Notes under the pieces: generated by a model | The model's input: only the letters and a program-made list of their open reading frames with translations | Database searches by the model: none | Told to the model about the DNA's origin: nothing | Translations under genes and position numbers: made by a program | In this document: piece after piece, positions 1 to 10,800 of the stretch | Position numbering within the stretch: the stretch's first letter is position 1 | Layout: every line of letters starts with the position of its first letter | DNA from: Oopsacas minuta | Taxonomy: Eukaryota; Animalia; Porifera | Reading direction: 5' to 3' | NCBI GenBank assembly: GCA_024704765.1 | Contig: JAKMXF010000303.1 | Location: 264,790 to 328,789 of the forward strand | Length of the DNA: 64,000 bases

Positions 1-308
1 TAATTAAACAAGTCAATGTCTTATCCGAGTTATACCGTATGAATGACTGCTGCAGAGTTAATATTTAAAATGGGTAGGCAAGGTGAATAACAGACATACG
101 ATGTAACAAAAAGTTGTGTTACCCATTGGGTTGGTATTGTATTCGCTAATTTGTATTAATTAATACGAGTATGTAGTATGTCTGATTTAATATAATTATA
201 TCCGTTGAGACGATCGACAATACTAATATATTCCAATAGCACATAATTATTAATGATGTCACATGAATTATTATAGTCATAGAGTACCATCTACACTACT
301 GTATTGCA

Positions 309-3300
309 TCAGTGTCTGTATCTCTCTTTCTCTCTGTACCGATCTGAGTAAGATCTATGACGTGGATCTTCTGGGGAGCGAGACCGATCCCGTCTACTAT
401 CTCTCTCATAATCTCTCTTCCTTTCCCGGTCTCTATCTCTATCATGTCTGTGTCCACGATGTCTGGATAAGTATAATAATTATTAAATTTAACACTATGT
501 AATTGAATACTAATGGTATTATACATGCCTGGAGCTTGAACTGCTTCTGGAATGATATCGCTTCTCTATATCCTTCATCCGTTCGTATAGAGACTCTATG
601 ACTAGCTGATTACCGTTTGAGTCAGGACCTGACTGCTTCACTAGGGATATAGCAGTACGTAGCGTGTCAATAGCAGAGTCATAATTCCCCAGATTTGATT
701 CTGCTACAGCTCTCTGAATTGCGTTATATGACACAGCCTTGTTACGCTGAGTAGCATCATTGTCTTCAATTCCTTATACAGAATAGTATAAATACTGATT
801 GTAAATAAATAAATATTTGATTTTATTGTATTGTATTTAGAAACACATAGGATGATATTTTAAGTCTTATTCACCTAACCTAAAAGAGAGAAGAATATAA
901 ATATCCGAGATTAATACAGCAACGGATACAACTCACATAGCTGACTGTGAGAACATCTCAACCTACAATAAAGTGAGTTATAATTAGATGAAGTAGTTAT
1001 CATCAGCTATGTATATGTACTACATACATGAGGCTGTGCTCCTGAGAAGAAGGCTGGATTAACGTGTGGAGCTAGGCCCTTGGTGCCTCCCAATCCTCCC
1101 AATACTATACAATAGAATAATATTTAACTGGTGATATAGTAAGGTTAGTTAGTTAGCATACCTCCTGCATGTAGAGATACCTGCGGTACGGGAGGAGGGA
1201 GTCCAGCTAAGGTAAGACCAGGGGGAGGAACATGGTGAGGGGGTATAGGAGGGAGGAGTTGTGATGGGTCTGCTATGAGAGGTCCTGTAGCTGAGAGGAC
1301 AGGAGGAGGAGGTAGACCTGCGTAAGTTTGTAGACCTACATACATCTAGTATAATATAATTACCATATAATTACTCAGGATAAGTACCTATAGGTCCTGC
1401 TGGTGGAAACATAGTTGGAGCTGAGAAGGCCTTTACTTCTGTAGATTTCTTCATTGTATTCTGACCTGCTTTCATAGGACCTCTCCCGCCTTTAGAATCT
1501 GATGCTAGATTGTGTGACGTATAAATTAAGAAGGATACATAGGTATAATAGAATCACTAGAATGTAATCTTACCTTCTCTGGACCTCTGCTCAAACTGGT
1601 GAGCACTCGTCTTGGAAGCCATAGCTAATACTGGAATCTGGCCATGGATAACACTAAATGAGTTCAATTAAGTTTTGGGTGAACTTCGTTGAATGAATTT
1701 AATCACGGAATTATGTTTATTCTAGGCTCATGTACTCACCAGTCTTTTAGCTTCTCCACTGCTTCTTGTGCTGTCTCCTCGTTCTTTAGCTCGATTAGAG
1801 CAAACCTAAATTTAGAAACATCGTTTTAATAGCGAATACACTACCTCTATGCTGTGATATAATACCTTATCAACTAGTTGTACAGGAGCATACTCTTTAT
1901 GTATAATTATTAATATATAATTTTAATTACCCTTTAGATTGTCCATTTGCTCTATTTTCGAAGAATTTAATAGCCTTAACTTCCTGGAATTCATTCTCCT
2001 TCAACAGCTGAACTAAGTCTACATCAGTTGTCCACTAAATGAGAATATTTGATATACAAACAGAAATCAGTGTGTAAATTCATAGTAAGTATAGAAACTT
2101 AATGTTATAATTGAATTTAATAAATTTTCCAAAAACATACAGAATTATACTAAAATACAAATACGTAGTACATTACAAATGTAGTATTTCTATCCCTTAT
2201 ATCGGTATAACAGAATTAACTATATAGCTATCATGTAATACAAATGCTATATTGAAGTCCAGATGGAGAGATGACTGTCTTTAGCCTTCAGGGCAAATTC
2301 AGCATTTAACAATATATGCAATAAATCTACACAAAATCGCTACAGCCATCTTATCAGATACAGCATGAGGTATGTAGTAATACAAAATGCGCTTAGTTAC
2401 AAGCCCACCAAGTGGGATTACAAACAATTTTGATCTATACAATTTGACGTATAACTATCCGTTAAGTAACAGAAGGTAGTATAGCATAAATTAACACAAA
2501 ATAATCAGCTAAATACCCATGTCAGGTTGCCAATGAAGATGGCGTTCCTCTTATTTGGGTCAAATGAGATCCCTAGTGTAGAGTTGTCCACTGAAGTGCT
2601 CTGAGAAGTTTTTCCAGCAGGAATTCCCTCCTGTGTCTGTTTGGATAACAGCTCTGCCTTAAGCCGAGCTGACTCTGGTTAGAGAGAGTTTGAAATACAA
2701 GCATTCGAGAATGTTCACAACATAGTGTCATTTCAAAAAGTACAATTATTCGAAATGTGAAAATTATATCTATATATGTTAGTTATTAATTATCGCTGTA
2801 TAGTAGTGATAATATAATGTTTACCTCCTAATTCTTCGTTGTTATTGTCAGCCTCAAGTGCCAGCTATAATGTAGACAAAATATTATATAAACGTGTGCA
2901 GACATTCGCAAGAAGGCTGGAAGATTTTGCGGCCAGGGTCATCACCAACCTGACAGTTTCCGCCGATCCTGGCACCTAACATTCGATTATTTTATATTTC
3001 CACAAGTACTGTCAAATCAGGTTAAAACGAAGCTTAAGTGACTGCAATTATTTCGTATTTCAATATAATCGATGAAATAAATGTTACTTCGACGCTTTGG
3101 GTCCTTATTGTTATAATTTCAGACTTGGATATAAGCGGGTGTTTGGATATATCCGTATTCGATATAAATGAAGTCGACTGTATATACAGTGAACTCCCGT
3201 TAAAACGAAGTGATTCTCTAGCCCCTATAACTTTGAAAGTAATTGATTTTACTCCGCTTATAACGAAGTGAAATCGTAGCCCCGAGCACTTCGTTATAAC

Positions 3301-3641
3301 GAGAGTTTATTGTATATAAATTATAAGTATGTATAAGTACGTATGCAATGTTGGTCCGGTATGTCCAATAATTGCTAGCAATTTCAGTACTCACATCATC
3401 CATTTCTTGTTTGAAATTATGTATGGGTACAACTGGGGCAGTGAGCACGTCATCTAACAGATCTTCAGACACACTAACGGTTCCTTGATTCTCCAATTTA
3501 ATATTCTACAATATAATATAATATATAATTATTCTTATAAGATGTATTGTAAAATATTCAGGAACTCACCACCTCCTCCATTTCCAAATCAACTGGATCA
3601 TCCAGAACATCAGTGTACAGATCGACTCCCGAAGTAGACAT
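309..3641 (-). CDS. CPSF6: Cleavage and polyadenylation specificity factor 6 (CFIm68)-like, multi-exon
   Basis: Hand-spliced exons include 3570-3641, 3395-3505, 2825-2864, 2517-2674 and further exons near 1933-2037, 1737-1806 and 1575-1656. They give the RRM (NAIFIGNLTWWTTD...IKFFENRANGQSKGFALIE), then Pro-rich exons, the AIQRAVAESNLGNYDSAIDTLRTAISLVKQS helix and an RE/RD/RS tail ending TGA at 309-311. Middle Pro-rich exon boundaries were not all resolved. Confidence 0.9.
3187..3312. mobile_element. pogo/Tigger-like MITE in CPSF6 intron 2
   Basis: Imperfect TIRs cagtgaactcccgttaaaacgaagtg / (rc) caataaactctcgttataacgaagtg, TA on both sides. A second TIR-like end (...gaagtcgactg) abuts at 3180. 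Confidence 0.6.
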
Positions 3642-3896
3642 GAGTATAATAACTCTAATATACTGACAATTGAAGTGCATTTAATTTCCTATTAATTGAC
3701 TCGTATATTAGGTACCGTAAATATTCATACGCCAATCCTTTTTGGATGTACTAACGTATTAAGTATTTTTGATTGAAAAACACTTCAGAGAGAATTATAT
3801 AAAGTGTACAAATTGAATAGGTACAACTCTTAATAATTGTTAAGTAAAATAGGTAAGTCGATATCGCTTCGGTTTAATGATTACAAAAATAATGTA

Positions 3897-4063
3897 CAGT
3901 AGAGTCTCGTTAATACGTACACTAGGGGACTACCAAAATTCGTACTCCTTATCCGGAGTACGTATTATCCGAACTAATTTATATTGAAAAGGCATCGAAG
4001 GGGACTGATAAAGTGTACAAATTTGTTCTCCTTGACCGTGTTCGTATTAACGAGACTTTACTG
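3897..4063. mobile_element. pogo-like MITE (family shared with 14079-14177)
   Basis: TIRs cagtagagtctcgttaatacgtacac / (rc) cagtaaagtctcgttaatacgaacac. Confidence 0.7.
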
Positions 4064-4117
4064 ATATTTAATCACAAAAGGTAAATAATAGTCACAAGAC
4101 TGTTTCAGATAATTAGG

Positions 4118-5376
4118 ATGATTACCTTCAAACTGTTCAATAATTACGGAACTCAACAGCTGATGAGGCCAATCGTACCAGGTATTGCGAGGAGACTGTT
4201 CGGCTCGACGAACCAGGGAGACTTCGAATCAGCTCAAGAGAGAGTGAAACAGCTCTCAGCAGATCCGGGAAACGAAGCTAAACTCAAACTGTACGGATTT
4301 TTCAAGCAAGCTACTCTAGGAGTATGTAATACTCCGAAACCTGGAATGATGGACTTTGTAGGAAAGGCTAAGTGGTCGAGCTGGAAAGAACTAGGTAACA
4401 ATTACGTATATATCCCGTGTATTTTCCTGATGCTTTTCCTTGCGAATAATGCAATATTTCGCAATAATGCTTGTTCCTAACAATTGTTTTGATTATTATA
4501 GGAGCAATGACGAAAGAGGAAGCAGCTAAATGCTATGTGACATATGTCAACGAACTAGTGTCAATAGACGCAGGCAGCAGTACTAACACACCTCCCTCTC
4601 CAGTTGATAAAGACGCCAATATAATATACAGTATAAAGCATTCGTATGCTGAGATTAGACTGAACAGACCTAAGAAGTTCAATGCAATCACATGGCAGAT
4701 GTATGGAGAGATTGGGGAGTTCCTAGATAGAGCGAGGAGAGATACGGTTAAGTTCGCGGTTATAACAGGTACAGGAGACTATTATAGCAGTGGAAATGAT
4801 CTTGGAAATTTCGCAGAAATTCCTCCCGAGGGACCTGAAAAGATGGCAAAAGATGGAGAAAAAGTTTTGAAAAAATTCGTCGCTAGTTTCATAGATTTTG
4901 ATAAACCTCTGATTGCGGTTGTTAACGGGCCAGCGGTAGGAATACCAGTCACTACTCTGGGGTTATGTGACATAGTCTACGCAAAAGATTCCGCGACTTT
5001 TCACACTCCATTTACAAGTTTAGGCCAAAGCCCTGAAGCTTGTTCTTCCTATACATTTCCCTTGATGATGGGTCCTGCAAAGGCTAATGAAATTCTACTA
5101 TTTGGTAAGAAGCTATCAGCAGAAGAAGCATGTGATAGATCCTTAGTGACTAGAGTAGTTCCTTCAGGCAATTTCGAAGAGGAAATAGAATCTATGTTGA
5201 AAAAGTATTCAGAACTTCCTCCTATCTCTCTGCGTACTTCAAAACAAATAATCAGAAACACACACAAGGAAAAGCTACATGATATTAATATCAAGGAGTG
5301 TGCCTTACTGGCAGAGAGATGGATATCTGATGAATGCATATCAGCTATCATGAAATTTTTTCAGAGGAAGAAGTAA
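4118..5376 (+). CDS. ECI2: Enoyl-CoA delta isomerase 2 (ACBP domain + crotonase fold), join(4118..4394,4502..5376), 383 aa
   Basis: ACBP motif ([34 protein letters not shown]) spliced in frame through a phase-1 GT-AG intron to the isomerase domain ([36 protein letters not shown]). Confidence 0.93.
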
Positions 5377-5769
5377 AGGACAAAAAACATTATCATAAGT
5401 ATTATTCTATTTGATATCCAATACACTGATTCTGTTCTGTTCTGTTTTGTTAGTGTGATATCATTAATATATTGCGAATCACATAATTATATGTTTGGGA
5501 ACCTAAATGGGAAATGCTATGTACGCATACATATATCATGTAACAGTTTTGCAATCAACGTATTATAGATTCAGTATTGTAGGGGATAGTTGTATAGAGG
5601 ACATCTGAAGTTATTCGTTTGTAACAGAATAAATCCTAATTGTTTTGATTAAATGAAGGTCACAAAAGAGCGAACATATTCGAATACAGATAAACTCAGC
5701 GATATATAAATACATAACTCAACTAACAAAAGCAAAATCTACAAATAATGTTAAAAATACAGCTCATCA

Positions 5770-7503
5770 CTATACTGTTTTCCCTCTAATCAGAACTCTT
5801 TTCCGTGTAAAATTATTCAAGATTCGTTTGGTATTTACACACGACTTCTCATCTGTTCTAGCTTCCAGCCTTCTAGTACAAAGCAGTAATTTCTCTTGTA
5901 CTTTCTTAGTAACTATCTCTTCTGAATAAAGAGATCTATTTTTACCTACATACACAAATGGTTTCTGTTTAAACTGAGCTTTGACAAGCTCCGAAACAGC
6001 TGACTTATGAGAATCCCAATCTTCCCCTCTCTTCTCGACGACACATTCCAGCTCATCAACTATGACGTCATTCAAATTACTTAACTTTCCAAAAAGCTCT
6101 TCACAGATTCGGAACTTTGAAACAACTTGTAATAACTCCAGACAGAGCTGTTTGATAATGATATACACAATATTAAGAGTATTATAGTTGTTGTATTCTA
6201 GAATAACCTGTATAACGTCTGGAGAGAATACTTCATATAAGTCCCTGGTTACCACACGGAAGGTTGGCATGTGTAAATGATAGAAAGCTAGGAATGCTTT
6301 AGAAACATTACTGAGCATGGTATGCTGTCGGTTGGTTGATGGTTGTAAGAACCTAAATCTCTGTAACTCAACTGCTAGCATAGAGAAATGGTCAGACAAG
6401 TCAGCTTGGAGTCTGGATAGCTCACTGGCTAGCACTCTATCAGAAGTTCCTTGTGACAGCCCTTCTACTTGCTGTATGAATGGAGGGAATGAATTTAGTA
6501 TATACTCTTTGTGTTTAATCAGAGATGTGTATAGATCTAATAAATTCTCTATGAACTCATCATTTGTGTCTCGTTCTTCTACTTTCTCAACAGTTGTTCG
6601 TTTTTCTAGTAACAGCTGTTGTGTCTGTGACTCACAACTGCGACACATTCTCAGCAGCTGGAACACAGGTGGCTCAACAGCTGGACTTCCTTCTAACCCG
6701 TTAATAGCCCAATGTGTAGTGGTATCTTCTACAGAGTTCTTGTATAACATAAGGAGAGGAGATACACAGTCTGAACAGAAAATACGTCCACAAATACGAC
6801 AGTGTTGTTTGCTTGAGAGCAGTGAGAATACTTTCCTACAGGTGTGACAAGCCGTAACTTCGTGTCCTGGCTGCCAGAATATTCCTTGTTGCCACTCAGG
6901 CATCTTGGCAGTGCTAACCCACTCATTGATAGAAGACTTGAAACGACTAGTAGTGCTCCTAGAGAATCCTGTACACAACCGATCAAGCTCCTTACTGACT
7001 TGTATATTCATATTTCTATTCTTGTTAACTGGTCTAGACTTATGGTATCCATTAGAAATGGATGTTTGCATGGGAACAGATTTTCTTCTCAGACAGAAAA
7101 ACCCTTTGAAATCCCTCAGGTATCCTGGCTGTTGTCTAACGTGTAGGTCTGCGAAACAGGGGGCACATGTTTGTCTGAGGGTCCCTCCCAGTTCTCTACC
7201 GTGAGAGGTACATTCAAAACAGAAGGTACGTCCACACAGGTAGCACTTTCTACGGTAGAGTAGTAGTTTCTTATTACACAGAGGGTTACAGCAATGAGTT
7301 ATCAGGTCTTGACTGTCAAACCTTGATAGTATACTACTTCTAACAGACTTAGAACCTATTGGAGTAGAACTGTTATCATTATATGATTCTGACTCGTTGA
7401 ATACATCATTCAGTTCTTGTTCGTTTAGCTTATCATCTTCATTGAGTGAGCTATATTCTGGCTGGCGAGTGAGTTGAGATAGAGGACGATCTCTGTAAGC
7501 CAT
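5770..7503 (-). CDS. Double FYVE-like zinc-finger protein, rabenosyn-5/Vac1-like, intronless 577 aa
   Basis: Two FYVE-type Cys patterns (CCNPLC...CYLCGRTFCFEC; W.PGHEVTACHTC...HCRICGRIFCSDC...CRSC) followed by a helical region resembling the post-FYVE segment of rabenosyn. Confidence 0.8.
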   Translation of the reverse strand: MAYRDRPLSQLTRQPEYSSLNEDDKLNEQELNDVFNESESYNDNSSTPIGSKSVRSSILSRFDSQDLITHCCNPLCNKKLLLYRRKCYLCGRTFCFECTSHGRELGGTLRQTCAPCFADLHVRQQPGYLRDFKGFFCLRRKSVPMQTSISNGYHKSRPVNKNRNMNIQVSKELDRLCTGFSRSTTSRFKSSINEWVSTAKMPEWQQGIFWQPGHEVTACHTCRKVFSLLSSKQHCRICGRIFCSDCVSPLLMLYKNSVEDTTTHWAINGLEGSPAVEPPVFQLLRMCRSCESQTQQLLLEKRTTVEKVEERDTNDEFIENLLDLYTSLIKHKEYILNSFPPFIQQVEGLSQGTSDRVLASELSRLQADLSDHFSMLAVELQRFRFLQPSTNRQHTMLSNVSKAFLAFYHLHMPTFRVVTRDLYEVFSPDVIQVILEYNNYNTLNIVYIIIKQLCLELLQVVSKFRICEELFGKLSNLNDVIVDELECVVEKRGEDWDSHKSAVSELVKAQFKQKPFVYVGKNRSLYSEEIVTKKVQEKLLLCTRRLEARTDEKSCVNTKRILNNFTRKRVLIRGKTV

Positions 7504-7804
7504 TAAGAGTTCATTTGATATATTAAATTTGATAAATCAAATAGAACTTTCCTATCAATAGAAATTAAATATATTCAGAAAACAGCAATAAAATTACTTG
7601 AATTGAGGTACCAAAACTCACTATATGTTTAATTGATACAATGTTTTACTGGTATACGTATGTGTAATCTACTACATAACTACATAGATTTTCTGTTTCA
7701 AAAATACACAAATTAGATATACAGTCAGAGATGAAATGATAACATGATACAAACACAACTCAGAATAGTTAAATGTGATGGAACTGTGGAGTATTGACAG
7801 AATT

Positions 7805-10800
7805 CTAAGCATTTTCAAGTTTGATCTTAATCCCGTGCTCTGCTTTTATAACTAAGCGAAAAGCAGGCTCATAAGAATGTGTATCGTCAAGAGATATTTT
7901 GAATTTCTTGAGGATAAGCGCTAGAACTATTTGCATTTCTTGCAAAGCAAACTTCTGTCCAATACAGTTCCTAGCTCCAGCTGAGAATGGTATAAAAGAG
8001 AACGGATTAATCTTATCAATATTCTCAGGGCTAAATCTATAGGGATTAAATTTGTCTGGTTCTGGCCAGAACTCTTCCAGATAATGAGCTTGATATATAC
8101 CTACATTTAATAGTGATCCTGTAGGTATTGTATGTCCATCAATAACCATAGGTCTAGAGTTGACCTTTGATACAGACGTGGCTACAGGATACATTCTGAG
8201 AGTTTCTCGTATAAACATAGAAAGGAACTTAAGTTCCTGAATATCTTCTTTAGTAACTTCATCTCTATCTCCTATAAATGAACATAAATTTAAAATCTAG
8301 AATAGAATAGAATTGAATGCATTAAAAAGTCGCATCTTAAGATTTCAATTCATTGAATATTTCGATTGTGTCCGTTTTATCGGTTACCTAAACTCCTTTA
8401 ATGATCTGACTATATTCGCGTAGATTGGGTAATGACGGATATACGTATTACGTAGCGTAGAATATGTCTCAAAAAGAATAAAATACAGTATTTCCCTGAA
8501 TAAGCACCGGGCTAGAAAATGGCTCCAAAACCTGTGAATATCACCACCCTCTAGAAAAATAATTTATTGAAATTTACGTCACATCTTTTGTATTTTCGAA
8601 AATTGGCAAATAATTGGACGAAAAAATGCCAACGAAAAGAATAAGCAATAAAACGGTATATTTACTCAGGTCCTAAACAATTATTAAGAAAAAACAAGCA
8701 AAATTGATTGAACAAGAATTACAAGGTAAACTGGATGTATTCTGGTAAGGTTTGTTTTTCCAAAAATATCAGATTGAGCATTAACCAAAATAAAAGCACT
8801 CACCAAAGGGAAGAAATAAGAAAACTTACCTATCTAGCAGCAAAATAGAAAGTATATCTACCTCCAAACAAAAAGTAATAGGTTTAGGGCAGAAAATAAG
8901 AAAAACTCAGTCACAGATAAAACTCCAAAATCACAGCTATCGAAGACTGCTAGACAGGACACATACACTTATTGAACGGTTTACTCACGGCTATGGAAGA
9001 TGAACACTTAGACCACTCAATATTGTCCCTAGAAGAACTAGAAATACAGCCTTTCTATAAGGGGTCTTATGAGAATTCAATAAGACTGGACAGAACACCA
9101 GCAGGTAGATTTCAGAAAGTCCCCCTGGCTATTCAGGAACCACTCCAGCAACTACACCCAGATCCACCAACTCAGCATGCAGCAGCATTCTCCCTCTTCA
9201 ATAGCTAGTTATCTCCTCCATTGTAATGAGTCCATTCAATAAAACTGTAAATTTATTGTTGTTTTTATGAATATAAAGTAAACACATTTCAATATTGTTG
9301 TAGAAACATGCTTTCAATGGTTATACTGAGGTAATCGAGTATGCTGAGTCCAAATATGATATTGTAAAGAACATTTTGGGAATATTTGTTCACTTTTGGG
9401 GTCATAAAGTAAGCAGATTTAATTGATAATGGCAGTATCATGTTTGCTACAGTTAAGATTATGAGTTAATGTACGCGAGGGCCGTAGGCCCGAGTGTGGA
9501 CACAAAGTGTTCGCAACCGCGTAGCGCGAGCAAGCGAAGCGTGCTCGTATAAGTGAAAATAAAAAGGTTGTTTTTATCAATAACTGTGTACCTTCCCAAC
9601 CTTACCACAAGTCAAATGTCACAGGAAGAACATTCGTGATGCAAACTATCAATACACCAGACAACTAATAACTAGTCCGCCAATTCTCAAGGCATACAAC
9701 TATCTATGGGAGGAGTAGACAGACACAATCGTCTTGTAGCTCCTCATGCAATCCCTCTAACAGCCAAACGGGATTATCTGAAGGTATTCTTTCATATTCT
9801 TGATTCAGCCATGGTCAATGAATGGATCCTAATCAAGATAGCTCTAGAAGCTAGAAGAGAGTTGAATTAAACAGCAAAATGTCGCTATACATTGGCCTGG
9901 TTTAAAGAGTCTGTAATTATATCACTATATGATAACTATACCAGTCGAACACAACAACAGAATTAACCAACAAGCAAGGGAAGATAATTCTTCCCATCCA
10001 ATGACAGGATTTGATTACCCAGCACCAAATACAACCAGTAACACAGATAGAAGGTAGGAAGATATATCGTTTGTAAAAAGTCAAAACGTACTGCCTGTAT
10101 GGGTACAAACAAAGATATTGCTACGATTGCAGGTAGACAACACTTGAACTTATAAAGCAACATCAAGAGATAGCATGTCTGTAATTGAAGAACAGCGTCA
10201 GCTAACTCAATCTGAAACCATTGCTCATTCTGGCGAATAGCTTTAGAATAAATAATAATTTGTCTAAATAGATGCTTTTTACAGCCATACCATTAGTTAA
10301 GTTGTGTTTTTCAGTTGAAATAATATGACAATAGGCATTACCGTTAAAAATATAATTAAAAAGCTATTTCTGTATTTAGCAATCAAAGAAAAATTGAAAA
10401 TTTGTCAAATACTAGACATATACAGTATTCCAATTACTAATTGTATCTAAGAGCCAGAAGTAAAGTATAACTATAATTATGTGATCAATAAATAATTATT
10501 AAGTAAATCGAGCATATAAGTACATCTTAATACGGACATGTTATCTGAGTATTGTTGAGAGAGGAGGAGGTATTAAATGGAGCAGTAATAAACACATTAG
10601 AAGAAGGAGGTCTGTAGAAAGAGAATCCTAAACCTACTACAAAGGAAGCTATTAAAACTACAATTATAACTATCTTAACAATATCCTGATACCCAATCAT
10701 ACAGCTCCTACTTGTCTTACTAATATTATGTGTCAAGAAAGGATTTAATTCATTGTTTGAACGAGCCAAATCATTGGTAGAAGAACTACTGTCATTGTTT

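Noticed and set aside
6317-7204. Plus-strand ORFs overlapping the FYVE gene (and similar ones opposite MATE, NEF1-like, TRAF-like and VPS41)
   Set aside because: Antisense shadows of long coding exons with no domain signal.
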